The position numbers and the translations under genes are program-made. Below are positions 11,004-23,377 of a stretch of 64,000 nt of DNA, piece by piece. A model generated the notes under the pieces. That model did not search any database, was not told where the DNA came from, and was given only the letters and a program-made list of their open reading frames with translations. The first letter of the stretch is position 1. Every line of letters begins with the position of its first letter. Origin of the DNA: Mustelus asterias (taxonomy: Eukaryota); NCBI RefSeq assembly GCF_964213995.1, contig NW_027590192.1:620001-684000 (forward strand), read 5' to 3'.

Positions 11004-11938
11004 TGAGATAACAAATGCGACAGATATTCTAAACTGGAGTGTCAATGGCCAGAATTCTATTTCTGCACAATTTGTTCCAGAACTGCAGCATGACCGCACC
11101 GTGTACAATTTTATACTGGTTTCTTTGGTTACGTTGATCCCGGAGCATTGCTGTAGTGTGTTGGTTATTCCCTTTCTCCTATGAATGTGCAGGTAAAATG
11201 AATCCATGTGCCTTAGCACAGGGAGGAATTCAATGGGAGGGAACGGAACTGACCACCAGAAGACCGAGGATCCAATATTTTCCATTCAGTCATCAATAAC
11301 ACCATTCCCAGCTGCACCCCCTTCCAAATATTGCGATCCATTTCCCTCAGGATCTGTCCAAAGATTTAATATTTTCCTTCTTTTCCCCTCATTTTGAACT
11401 GAGATTCGCTTCAATACCCAACAGAAATTGAATTGCAAACCTGAGGGCTAACCGTGGGAAACAGGTCTCTGGGTAAAACAAATGTTGATTTTCAGATTCA
11501 CAGCACTCAGCTTTTCACTCAGATGAAGGAATTGATCACTGAAAAGCTTTGGAAACTTGGTGTGAATATTGATTGTGACTCACTCAGGTATTGTGTAAAT
11601 GCTACTCGAAGGTTCAATGAGCGGGATATAATCTATGTAAGTTTTGCTGAGCTTGTGTTCGGTGTACTGGGAGGTTGTTTGAACCGGGTTGAATTTTGTG
11701 TCAGGAATGTGCAAGAACCCGCTGATTGAAGCTGCAGCCGCCGCCTTTTGCCGGCAGCGCAGTGGGTGATTGGAGAATGTGGGCTAAAATCCTGCTGCGT
11801 GTCCCTGTCTCACTCACGCGGAAGAGAGAATCATTGATGGAGTTACTTCTCCGACTGAAATGTTGCTTTGCGTGACTGTTAACGGAGGTAGCTCCGCAGG
11901 AGCTATTAATAATCTGATGCAAAGTAATATGGAGTAGT

Positions 11939-12033
11939 ACTCCAATGGCGCAATCGGTTAGCACGTGGTACTTATGCAATAGTGTTGCCAGCAGGCTATG
12001 CCGAGGTTGTGAGTTTGAGGCTCACTTGGAACA
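11939..12033 (+). tRNA. Intron-containing tRNA-Ile(TAT) pseudogene (intron ~11977-11997)
   Basis: 'ctccaatggcgcaatcggttagcacgtggtacttatg[21 nt]atgccgaggttgtgagtttgaggctcacttggaaca' = Ile-TAT architecture; B-box mutated. Confidence 0.8.
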
Positions 12034-12044
12034 GATGTGTTAGG

Positions 12045-12325
12045 TGAGGCGATGGCGTGCTAGCATTCTCGCTCGATCAGGTAACAGTCTGGGGACCAAC
12101 ATGGCAGCTTTTGAAATTTGAATACAATAAAGAAGATTGGAATTAAGAATCCACGAATGACCATGAAGCCACTGTCCATTGACCCATGATTCACTCATGT
12201 CCTTTAGGGAAGGTTCTTCGCTGATCTGGCCTACACGTGACTCCAGAGCCACAGCAGAGTTGTTGCCCCTCAACTAGGGATGGCCAATAAATGCGGGTCA
12301 GCGACGCTTATGTTCTACGAACGAA
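12045..12325 (+). mobile_element. tRNA-derived SINE (SacSINE1/Deu-like), degenerate
   Basis: 'ttcactcatgtcctttagggaagg...ctggcctacacgtgactccagagccacagca...tagggatggccaataaatgc'; second copy ~31335-31660. Confidence 0.55.
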
Positions 12326-12989
12326 CGATAAAGCCAGAACGTGCAGGTTTGAGAGAAGCTTTCTAAACCGTCAGAGATGGAAACAGGAGTAAGTGAAAAA
12401 TATTGGGTTTGACTGTGCGCAGAGAGATGGGGAAGTGTAAAATACTGTTTTCAGTTAATTTTCAACAATACATTATTGATTTTCACTCTGAGTTTAAAAC
12501 AACGTAGAGATGCGTTTGCAGTCGCGACTTTCTACTGTCAGCGGGTGATTGGAGACTGCGGCAAGAAATCCTGCTGCTTTTCCCTGTCTCACTCACTGTG
12601 GAGCCGGAGAAGAGAGAATCATTGTTGGGTTTGTTTCCCCGTCTGAAATGTGGCTTCAAGTGACTGTTATTAACGGAACACGCGCTGTCGGAGCCTTTAA
12701 TAATCTGACACAAATCAATGGCAATCAGCCGAAATGTACAGGTTTGCGGGAAGCTTTCTGAACCGTCAGAGATGGAAACGAGAGTCAGTGAAAAATGTTC
12801 TGTCGGGTGTGACTGTGCACCGAACTGTCAAGGGGAAGGGTAAATGTAACACAGTGTCAGATACAGTATTCAGTTAATATTCAACAACAAACGTGAATTA
12901 TTGTTATTTTCCTCACTCTGAGGTTGAAAGTATGTATAAATGTTTCTGCCCGCTGTCAAACCGAGAATATTTTGTTAGGTGAAAGTGGC

Positions 12990-15040
12990 AATCTCTACAC
13001 TTACAGAAACAATGCGGTCCCTCCACCCTGGAAGCATTGAATGAATCTGTACCAGAGGTCACCATTGCAGATGTCAGAGCAACTTTCTGAAAGGTCAACC
13101 CACGGAAAGCAACAGGCCCGGATGGGGTACACGGACGAGCACTCAGATTCAGCACGGATCAGGTGCTGAGGGGATTCGCAGACATATTCAATCTCTCTTT
13201 ACAATAATTTGGGGTCCCTATCGACCGTCATCCCAGTACCAAAGAAAAGCCAAGCAGCGTGCCTCAATGAATACCATCCGGTGGCTCTGACATCCATCAT
13301 TCCGAAGTGCTCTGAAAGGCTACTAAAAGAACAAAGAACAATACAGCACAGGAACGGCCCTTCGGCCCTCCAAGCCCGCGCCGCTCCCTGGTCCAAACTA
13401 GACCATTCTTTTGTATCCCTCCATTCCCACTCTGTTCATGTGGCTATCTAGATAAGTCTTAAACGTTCCCAGTGTGCCCGCCTCCACCACCTTGCCTGGC
13501 AGCGCATTCCAGGTGCCCACCACACTCTGTGTAAAATATGTCCTTCTGATATCCGTGTTAAACCTCCCCCCCCACTCCCCCTCCCCCCTCACCATGAACC
13601 TATCACCCCTCGTGAACGTCACCACCGACCTGGGAAAAAGTTTCCCACAGTTCACCCTATCTATGTCTTTCATAATTTTATACACCTCTATTAGGTCTCC
13701 CCTCATCCTCCGTCTTTCCACACGTGGCACGAATCAATTGCAGTGTCCAGGACTGCCTGGATCCACTGCATTTCGCTACCGCCGCGACAGGTCCACAGCA
13801 GGCGCCATCTCACTGGCCCTACACTCAACCCTGGAAAGCTATATGACAAAGACACTTATTTCAGGCTCCTATTGATTGACTACAGCTCAGCATTCAACAT
13901 CATTATTCCTACGAACTTCATCTCCAAATTCCGTGGCCTGGGGCCTGACCCCTCCCTTGCGACTGAATCCTGAACTTCCTAACCCGCAGACCACAATCAG
14001 TAAAGATTGGCAACAACACCTCCTCCACGGTCGTCCTCAACATCGGTGCCTCACAAACCTGAGTGCTCTGTCCTCAGCCCCTTACTCTACTCCTTGTGCA
14101 CCTGTGTGGCTAAATTCCCCTCCAACTCGATTTTGAAGTTTTGAAGCATCACTGTAGTGGTTCGGAACACAAACAATGGCGAGGCGGAGCACAGGCAAGA
14201 GATAGAGAATCTGGCGAACGTTTGCGGCGACAATAATCTCTCCCTCAATGTCAACAAAACAAAAGAGATTGTCATCGACTTCAGGAAGCATGGTGGAGAA
14301 CATACCCTTGTCTAATTCAATTGGCGATGAAGTAGAAATGGTCGAGAGCTTCATGTTTTTTGATGTCCAGATCACCAAAAACCTGTCCTCGCGTACCCTC
14401 CACCCAGTCCCGCCGCCCCCCCCCCCCCTCCCCCCCGCCCCCTGCCCTCCACTCCCAATACCGACATCTGGTTAAAAAAGCCCACAAACGCCTGTAAATT
14501 CTCAGAAATCGAAGGAAATTTGGCATGTCCGCTACGACTCTCACCCATTTTTACAGATGCACCATAAAAAACATTATTTCTGATTGTACCATAGCTTGCT
14601 ATGGTTCCTGCTTTGTCTAAGACCGCAAGAAACTACAAAGCCCACTCCATCACGCTAACCAGCCTCCCACCCATTGACACTGTTGACACTTCCCGCTACC
14701 TCGGCAAAGCAGTCAGCATAATTAATGACCCCATGCACCCCAGAAATGATCTCTTCCCCCTTCTTCAGTCGGGAAAAATATTCAAATGTCTGAGGACACG
14801 TACCAAACGATTCAAGAACAGCTTCTTCCCTGCTGCTATCAGACTTTTCAATGGACCAATCTCGCACTAAGTTGATCCTTCTCTACACCCTAGCTATGAT
14901 TGTAACACTGCATTCTGTACTCTCATTTCTTTCTCTATGAACAGTATTCCTTGTCTATATAGCGCATAACAAATACTACTTTTCCACTGTATGCCAATAC
15001 ATGTGACAATAATAAATCAAATCAAATCAAATCAAATCAA
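12990..15040 (+). mobile_element. Rex1/Babar-like non-LTR retrotransposon, degenerate, interrupted by CR1
   Basis: 'KVNPRKATGPDGV.GRAL', '[18 protein letters not shown]', 'LLIDYSSAFNIIIP', 'RTRTKRFKNSFFPAAIRL'; (aaatc)n tail at ~15014-15039. Confidence 0.8.
13326..13722 (-). mobile_element. CR1 3' fragment nested in the Rex1-like element
   Basis: 'ERRRMRGDLIEVYKIMK...FTQSVVGTWNALP'; (ttctttg)n tail. Confidence 0.9.
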
Positions 15041-15662
15041 GCACCCACAGAAACATAGTGAATGTTGAGAAGTTCTTTGTTTTAACACAGCGTGTCACTG
15101 AATGGGACTCTGAATGACGGTAACTGGCAACATCCCATAATAGTCTGATTAAGTCAGAATGTCAATCACCAGTCTCGCTCAGAATGAGGAGAAAGTGAAG
15201 CTCCCCTCTCTATTCCCCTTCCCCACCATTGACAGTCCTGGCCTCTGCAGCAAATTCCCGTCTGCAAATAAAACCCTGATTGATCCATCTTCATTATTAC
15301 GAACAAAAGCCTGTTTGCAGCTGAAGCTCTGATATTGTGTGATTATATTTTTTTCTAACCAAATGCCATGTTTTACCAATTTATTAATAATGCGTGTTAG
15401 TTAATTGACTGTTCTTTTGTTCACAGCCGTTCAGTGTGACGATCAAAGCTCCCATCCTGAGCAGATGCTGTCTCGGGAAAGGGAATCGCTTGAACTGAAC
15501 TGTCGGGTCCCCGATGGTTCTGGTATCTGTTGGGTGAATGTTTGATCCGATGTTATTCTGGTTTCCTCTCGCTGTATTTGAACAGCTGACAGCGCCGTTG
15601 TTCATTGTGACTGCCTGCCCGCGATTCTAAACAACCCGCAGCAGACAGGAGCACCTATCTAG

Positions 15663-15701
15663 AGTTTTCCTACGGCTGTGGGAATGTTTTCTATCACTGT
15701 G
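15663..15701 (-). promoter_or_regulatory. 23-bp-spacer recombination signal of the TCR V pseudogene
   Basis: Minus strand CACAGTG + 23 nt (atagaaaacattcccacagccgt) + AGGAAAACT directly after YYCAFS. Confidence 0.9.
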
Positions 15702-16431
15702 AGACTGAAAGCGCAGTAATACGCAGCAGAGTCAGTCCACTACAGACCCAATGTATTTAAACTAGTCACTTTTTTCCCACTCTGGAGTTGCTGCAAAATC
15801 TGCTTTATCCTCAGTATCCCAGGAGCTTTTACTCACAATAAATTCCGTTTGTAGATCTGGGAGCTGTCGATACCAATCTAAATAAAGTTTAGATTCATTT
15901 ATTTGTCAGAAGTAATGTTTGCATTAACACTGAAATGAAGTTACTGTGGAATCCCCTCGGTCGCCACACTCCGGCGGCTGTTCGGGTCAATGCACCTAAC
16001 CAGGACGTCTTTCAGAATGTGGGAGGAAACCACAGCACGCAGATGAAACCCACGCAGACACGGGGAGAACGTGCAAACTCCACACAGACAGTGACCCAAG
16101 CCAGGAATCAAACCCGCGTCCCTGGTCCTGTGAAGCACTGTGCTACCCTGCCGCCAGTGCCAGCAATAATAGTTGCTGGCTGTGGCATCAAAGGTGCAGG
16201 TCATTGTCACCGCTTCTCCTTGTGCCTTAACATCTGAGGAGCGTCGCTGAGTCACAGAATCTTAGTTAGATCTGGAGAGAGAAGAAATATAATCACATCT
16301 GAACAGTTCAGGCTATAGGGTGCTAAGATTTGAACCGTGCTTGATAAATGCGAGAAAAGATTAAATGTATTTAATCTCCAAGCACCTGCTCGGAATGATC
16401 CGCACACAACCCAGATGCTGAGCAGCCGCAT
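15702..16431 (-). pseudogene. TCR alpha/delta-type V segment pseudogene (leader exon 16386-16431; V exon 15702-16271 split by a SINE)
   Basis: Leader MRLLSIWVVCGSFRA + GT donor (46 nt, phase 1); V: DSVTQRRSSDVKAQGEAVTMTCTFDATASNYY|LDWYRQLPDLQTEFIVSKSSWDTEDKADFA..LQSGKKVTSLNTLGL*WTDSAAYYCAFS; stops, a deletion and a SINE in CDR1. Confidence 0.85.
15894..16155 (-). mobile_element. HE1-related SINE inserted in CDR1 of the TCR V
   Basis: 'ggcggcagggtagcacagtg...cactgtctgtgtggagtttgcacgttctccccgtgtctgcgtggg'; approximate TSD aactattatt/aactttattt. Confidence 0.85.
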
Positions 16432-17209
16432 TGTCGCTTTCCTCTGTGTAAAAGTGAGTTGGGTATTTGACGGTATCTGTTCTACATCCCACTCCCAATA
16501 ATCTGTTGTTGCCTCAAAATGTCTTCACCTCACTCCTTGTATCGCTGGGGACGCTGTGAACCCAGTGGATGGTGAGCTGGTGATTCGCAAATGGAATCAC
16601 CCCGAGCTGGGTGACTCATTCTCAGATTTTGGTTCCAGAATTCACGAGCAGAGTGAGTGTCACTGTCTGGATATACTGACCCCGGATATCGATCTTTTGG
16701 TTTTATTCCATTCGTACTTTCGAATTCCCATTGTCTCATTTGCAGGTAACGGCGACTCCCACTCAGGGGTTTTGTTTTTCTTCACACTTTCAAAGGATTT
16801 CACAATCGCGGCCGATGCTATTATGTGTCGTTCATCCCTAATAGACCCAAGGGATTTGGTTGACATTTTGCTGGTGCTCGTGCTGAAGGCTCCCAACATA
16901 AAAGCTGCTCATTCATTATTAGAGCTACCCAAAGCTAACATAAAGTATATGAAGGACGAGGGCGCCAAGGGTGTTTTGAAAGGAACAATGCGGTCCAGTT
17001 AAAAAGAAATGGCAACAGTTATTCAGTAAAATGAGGCGTTACTGACCAATTTATGCAGTCTGGGATGCGTCGAGCAGCAGATGGGGTTAGACAAAATGTG
17101 GTGTGTCGTTCAGGACAAAAATAAATAAAACATCTTGTTAACGTTCATGTTAGCTTAAACGTTCATCATCGATTTCAAAATAGAACACAGTATACATGTG
17201 AAATACTTC

Positions 17210-18905
17210 ATTCATTGCTCTTCCTGCCAGATGTGGGGGTTCAGGGAGCATTCTAGTGGCCCTGACGGCTATGTCTGCGGTAAGTTTGACTAGCTACAGC
17301 TCCTCACACACAGCATGGTTCGGTTGGAGCAGCAGCTGGACACACTACGGAGCATCCAGGGAGTATAAAGCATGATGGACACTGGCTTCAAAGAAGTAGT
17401 CACAACACTGATCCAGATAGGTCGATGGATGACCTCCAGGAGAGGCAGGCAGGAAATGCAAGAGTCTCCTGTAGCTATTCCCCTCCCATACATATATACC
17501 TTTATAGATTTTGTTGGAGGTTGGGGGCAGATAGACTCTCAGGAGGAAATACCAGCAACAACCAAGCCTGTGGCAACACAACGGGTTCTGCTGGAGAGCA
17601 AGGTCGGGCTAGGTCTTAGCGAGTGATAGTAGAAGGATTCTCGATAGTCAGGGACAGAGAATGACGTTTCTGAGGCAGCGAACGACACTCCCGGATGCAG
17701 TGTACAAGGATCCATGGCTGTCTCTGAGCAGGTACAGGGCATATGAAACGGGAGGGTAAACAGACAGATATCATTGCCCACATTGGCGCTAACGACATAA
17801 ACATGAAGAGGGAGGAGTCCTGCAAAGACGTTTCTGGGAGTTAGGTAGGAATCTACAAAGCAGGACCACGAGGATAGTAATCTCAGGATTGCTGCCAGTG
17901 CCACGTGCTATTGAGGCTTGTCACTGGGATGTCTTCTGTTGTTTGCAGTGTATATAAATGATCTGAAGGAAAATGTGGGTGGTCTGATTAGTAAGTTTGC
18001 AGATGAAACGAAGGTTGGTGGAGTTACTGGTAGTGCTGGGGATTGTCAGAGGATACAGCAGGATCCAGTTAGACTGGAAACTTGGGCACAGAAATGCCAG
18101 ATGGAGGTAAATCGGGACAAATGCGAGGTAATGCATTTTGGAGGATCAGATTTAGGTGTGAGTTACACTGTAAATGGCAGAACCCTTCGGCACATGAACA
18201 TACAGAGAGATCTGGGCATGTGGGTACACATCCACCAAAAAGAGGCAACACAGGTGACCAAGGTGATAAAGAAGGAATATGGCATCCTTACATTCATCGG
18301 CCGGGACATTGAGTAAAATAGTTGGAAAGTCATGTTGCAACTATATAAAACGTTTGTTCTGACGCATTTAGAGTATTGTGTGCAGTTTCCGTTGCCACAG
18401 TACCAGAATGACGTGGAATCTTTGGCGAGAGTGCAAAGAAAGTTCACCAGGACGTTGCCTGGTCTCGAGGGTGTTGGCTGTGAGGAGAGTTTGAATAATC
18501 TAGGATTATTTTCACCAGAAGGACGGAGGCTGAGGGAACTGAGAAGACCAGAGGTCTGCAAAATTACGAGAGGCATAGACAGGATGGATAGTCAAAGGCT
18601 TTTTCCCAGGGCGCAAGTGTCATTTACAAGGGGGGCAGTGGTTCAAGGTGAGAGGGGAAAATTTTAAGGGAAATGTATAGGAGAAGTATTTCACACAGAG
18701 AGTGGAGGGTGCCTGCAACGCTCTGCCAGAGAAGGTTGTGGAAGAAGAGACATAAACAACTTTTAAGAGGCATCTGGATGGGTGCATGAAAAGGGAGGGA
18801 TCTAGATCGAATAAGCATAGGAGGTTTTTTTAGTTAGGGCATTATGATGGACATGGACCTGGCGGACCGAAGGGCCTGTTTTTGTGCTGTACTTTTCCTT
18901 GTTCA
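17210..18905 (+). mobile_element. CR1-type LINE (ORF1 remnants + ORF2 3' part, internally deleted)
   Basis: ORF1-like 'cacattggcgctaacgacata' (HIGxNDI); RT 'YINDL...SKFADETKVGG', 'LEYCVQF'. Confidence 0.85.
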
Positions 18906-19784
18906 ATGTTTTTTGTACTAAATCAATTAAATAAAGGAAATAACTGAAACGCAAAAGGACAAAAGAGTTTCTAACATGACAGAGACAGGAGGAGCTGGTT
19001 TTGTGTTCGAGTTCAGGCTTGAATTTAGCATTTACCATTAGTGCGTCTAATTAATGTTGATGCCAATTGTTGCGGGCTTTGATATCAGTCTTTTAATTGA
19101 TCACAACTTTACCCTTTGAGTCAGCCAGAAAAGTAACAGAGTTTTCTTTAAAAGATTTTAATATAAGCTTTAGCAACGACCCTGGGAAACTACAGTTCAT
19201 ATCCCTGGTTAGAAAGTTAGCCAGAGATATTTCATGATACAAAGGCAACTAAAGTTTTCAAAATCGATGACAAGTAATTAGCATAAACCAATCACAATCA
19301 CTTTATGCTTACTTCATTATAACATCCAATCATCAAGAAAACTTAAGAGTACAACTCGCTTTTGTATCTGTGAATCACTCCCATTTTCCAGTAGTAGATG
19401 TCTAATTCATGTGCTTTGCCAGTCTGATGGCCTTGGTGCCTCTCTATGAAGCTGTTATAAGAAGACTTTTGTTTTTCTTCCTTTGTGAATTTTAAACTTG
19501 TGTGACTATTAACTATTTTACCAACGCATGGTTTTGAGGGAGGGGGACAATGGAATTTGCAGCCAGCACTTTTGCTCATAAAAATAATAGAATCACCCAC
19601 CTTGCCACCCACCGGCAAGAAACCAGGAGTTAATTTGTTTGTTAACCGAAGTGTGAGTAATGTGCATTGTTATAATGTAATTGATCCTCTGGAGACAATC
19701 ACACAGGATAAATGAGATGCCCTTGGAGCGTGTGACATAGCTAAGGTGAACGGGTTGGAGAGTTTTCTCCCTTTGTGAAAAACG

Positions 19785-22700
19785 ATGCATGGACCAGCGA
19801 ATGGCCCTTTCTATGCCGTTTACTATCCCGTTCTCGCTGCAGTTGGCATTCCAGGTAATTTTTTAATTCCAAAAAGAACTTTGTTTTTGTTCGCGATGAT
19901 TATATTGGTTGCATTGTGATGTCTCGACAGAATAGAATGGAGTGAATATTAATCATTCATGTAACTTCTCATGTTCAATAACACTTGTTCTTGTTAGAAA
20001 TATCGAAATGATTTGGAGGAAAATTTAACTGGTTTGATTCGTAAGTTTGCAGGCGACACAAAGATTGGTGGAATTGTGGATAGGGATGATGACTGTCAGA
20101 GGATGCATCAGGATATAGATTTGTTGGAGACCTGGGCAGAGAGATGGTAGATGGAGTTCATAGAACATAGAACAGTACAGCACAGAACAGGCCCTTCGGC
20201 CCAAGATCAAGCTATCCCACTCCCTATCATCCTGGTGTGCTCCATGTGCCTATCCAATAACCGCTTAAATGTTCCTAAAGTGTCTGACTCCACTATCACT
20301 GCAGGCAGTCCATTCCACACCCCAACCACTCTCCGCGTAAAGAACCTACCTCTGATATCCTTCCTGTATCTCCCACCACGAACCCTATAGTTATGCCCCC
20401 TTGTAATAGCTCCATCCACCCGAGGAAATAGACTTTGAACGTTCACTCTATCTATCCCCTTCATCATTTTATAAACCTCTATTAAGTCTCCCCTCAGCCC
20501 CCTCCGCTCCAGAGAGAACAGCCCGAGCTCCCTCAACCTTTCCTCATAAGACCTACCCTCCAAACCAGGCAGCATTCTGGTAAATCTCCTCTGCACTCTT
20601 TCCAGCGCTTCCACATCCTTCTTATAGTGAGGTGACCAGAACTGCCCAAAATATTCCAAATGTGGTCTCACCAAGGTCCTGTACAGTTGCAGCATAACCC
20701 CATGGCTCTTAAACTCCAACCCCCTGTTAATAAAAGCTAACACACTATAGGCCTTCTTCACAGCTCTATCCACTTGAGTGGCAACCTTTAGAGATCTGGG
20801 GATATGAACTCCAAGATCTCTCTGTTCCTCCACACTCTTCGGAACCCTACCTTTGACCCTGTAATCCACATTTAAATTAGTCCTACCAAAATGAATCACC
20901 TCACATTTATCAGGGTTAAACTCCGGAGAAATGTGAGGTAATGCAGAAAGTTCAATCCGGAGAAATGTGAGGTAATGCATTTTGGAAGGTCTGATAAAGT
21001 TGGGAAATATACAGTAAATGGCTGATCCCTTAAGAGTATTGATAGGCAGAGTAATCTGGGTATACAGCTACGCAGGTCACTGAAAGTGGCAATGCAGGTG
21101 GAGAAGGTAGTCAAGATGGCATATGGCATGCTTGCTTTCATCAGCCAGGGCATTCAGTTGAAAAATTGGCAAGTCATATTGCAGTCTTATTGAATCTTAG
21201 TTAGGCCGCACTTGGGAAATAATGTTCAATTCTGTTCGCCACACTACCAGAAGGATGTGGAGTCATTGGAGAGGGTACAGAAAAGACTTTCGAAAATGTT
21301 GCCTGGAAGGAAGGGCATTAGCTATGAGGAGAGGTTGGAGAAACTTGGTTTGTTCTCACTGCAACGACGGAGGCTGAGGGGCGACCTGATAGTCGTCTAA
21401 AGGATTATGAGGGTCATGGACAGAGTAGATAATCAGAAGGTTCTTCCCAGGGCACAAGAGTCAATTACTAGGAGGCATAGGTTTACGGTGTGAAGGGCAA
21501 ATATTAAAGGACATTTACGAGGCAAATTCTCTACACAGAGAGTGGTGGGTGCCTGGAACTCGCTGCCAGGTGAGGTAGTGGAAACAGGTGCAACCGTGAC
21601 TTTTAAGTGGCGTCTTGACAAGTACATGAATAGGATGGGAATAGAGGGATAATGTTCCCAGATTGGTCGGGTATTTTTTTCAGTTCAGTCGGGCAGCATG
21701 GCCGGTGCAGGCTTTTAGGGCCGCAGTGCCTGCTCTTGTCCTGTAATTTTCTTTGTTCTTTGTTATTTGTTCTTAAAACGTGAAACCTTCTGGTGTAGAT
21801 CTTCTGTTAAATATGAGGTTTGTGGGCTTCAATTCAAACGATAATGCCCTGACCAGGATCCGAAAAGAAAGGCCTAATGTTTGGAATCAGATTTTCAACA
21901 TTTTTAACCCTCCCTTACAGCCAATTTGATGGCTATCGTGATCCTATCCAGAGGACGGTGTGGACTGTCCCAGTGCATCACCTACTACCTGGTGGCAATC
22001 GCGGTGACTGATTTCCTGGTTATGATTTCTGCTGTCATCCTCAACCGGATTGGTGGCATTTACTTTCGATATAGTGTCCTCTCCACCACCCCCGGGTGCA
22101 CGGTCAGCAGCGTCCTGGTATATACCACCCGTGATGGGTCCGTCTGGCTGACTGTAGCCTTCACCATCGACCGTTTTGTGGCCATCTGCTGCCAGAGCCT
22201 GAAGACCAGATACTGCACCGAGAAAACAGCATTGCTGGTTATCGGAATAGTCTGTGCACTGAGCTGTGTCAAAAACATCCCTTTCTTCTTCACCTATCAG
22301 CCCTTGTATATCCTAGACGGGGTGCCTTGGTTCTGTGATATCAAGTCCACCTTCTACACGTTAACCATCTGGCAGGCCTATCTCTGGCTAGACCGCATAT
22401 TAACACCATTGTTTCCATTCTTCCTGATCCTGCTGCTCAACGCTCTGACTGTGAGGCACATCTTAGCAGCCAGCAGGGCCCGCAGGAGACTCCGGGGTTC
22501 CGAGAGTCGGGGAGACATGGAGATGGAAAACCGCAAGCGGTCTATTGTCCTGCTTTTCGCCATCTCCCTCAGCTTCCTCCTCCTGTGGGTCATATATGTC
22601 GGTCATTTCCTCTACGTACAGATTTCGGGTGAGCCATACTTCACCGGCCTGGATTTCAATGACCCGCAGTACATCCTTCAGGAGACGACCAACATGCTGC

Positions 22701-22822
22701 AACTACTTAGCTCCTGTACTAACATCTTCATTTACGCAGTGATTCAGACCAGATTCAGGGAAGAGATCAAGAACCTGTTGATGTCTCCGTTCGCCACCCT
22801 CAAAGGTTTTCTGAAACGGTGA
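19785..22822 (+). CDS. GPR139-like class A GPCR, 323 aa, two exons (19785-19854, 21921-22822)
   Basis: Exon 1 MHGPANGPFYAVYYPVLAAVGIP + G|GTAA; acceptor ttacag|CC gives in-frame ANLMAIVILSRG...; seven hydrophobic segments; motifs GIPANL, YLVAIAVTD, SVWLTVAFTIDRFVAIC, NIFIY match the GPR139/GPR142 family; no stops; AATAAA at 22938. Confidence 0.9.
20007..21775 (+). mobile_element. CR1-type LINE in the GPCR intron (host element)
   Basis: RT C-terminus 'KFA.DTKIGG...MEF|NPEKCEVMHFG...QKDVESLERVQ'; (ttctttg)n tail. Confidence 0.85.
20159..20924 (-). mobile_element. Young CR1 3' fragment nested antisense in the host CR1
   Basis: Uninterrupted ~240-aa ORF 'EFNPDKCEVIHFGR...RRGLRGDLIEVYK...VWNGLP'; (ttctatg)n tail. 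Confidence 0.9.
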
Positions 22823-23223
22823 AAGACTATAGAAACGTTTGCTTTTCTCAGTTAAAGCCTCATTACACATTACCTGCCACCATTGTCTGCCTTCCATCCT
22901 AATGTCTCAGTACATGCCACTTTATGTCCGTCAGCTGAATAAAAAAGTCAATGTTTGGGACCCACTTCGAAAACCTAAGGACTATAATGCCGGCTAAGAG
23001 TTCTCTGTCACCAGAACTGAAGCAGTGCTGCATTGTTGGCGGTTTCTTGTTTGTTGGTCTGATACATAACCCATGCAATGCGCCTGCAATCTGAGTGAAA
23101 TTCCAGTGACCTCAGGGTCATTTTGCCAAAGAAGAATGTCAGGAATTTATCCCAGAGCCTTGGGTTAATATTTATGCTTAATTGGCACCCCTGAACCAAT
23201 CCCCTGCCCATCAATCTAACTCG

Positions 23224-23377
23224 TTGCAGAGTAAAGCAAAACAGATATCGTGGCTGGAATTTCGAAATGTGAGAGTTGAAGACACCGTTTCCTATTACGG
23301 TGAAGCTCCGTACTGGTATGATGACTGGTCTGGGACTCACAATGGAAGCAACCTGAACAGATATCTGTGCAAAATTA
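23224..23377 (+). pseudogene. Relic 3' end of a NAR/NAR-TCR-like V domain with RSS (heptamer 23338-23344)
   Basis: SKAKQISWLEFRNVRVEDTVSYYGEA (FR3-like, Cys TGT->GGT) + PYWYDDWSGT, then CACAATG + 23/24 nt + (T)GCAAAATT(A). Confidence 0.55.

Noticed and set aside
15412-15438. RSS-like CACACTG-11-ACAAAAGAA on minus, downstream of the TCR V
   Set aside because: Spacer is 11, and no partner RSS or D/J coding segment was found; insufficient support.
15941-16255. ORF-track 104-aa protein with 'NYYCWHW' as an extra-Cys V domain
   Set aside because: The CWHW portion arises at the SINE insertion junction; the true V continues as YLDWYRQ beyond the SINE.
16556-17002. 148-aa plus-strand ORF upstream of the TCR V leader
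   Set aside because: Non-ATG start, no recognisable domain or splice support.
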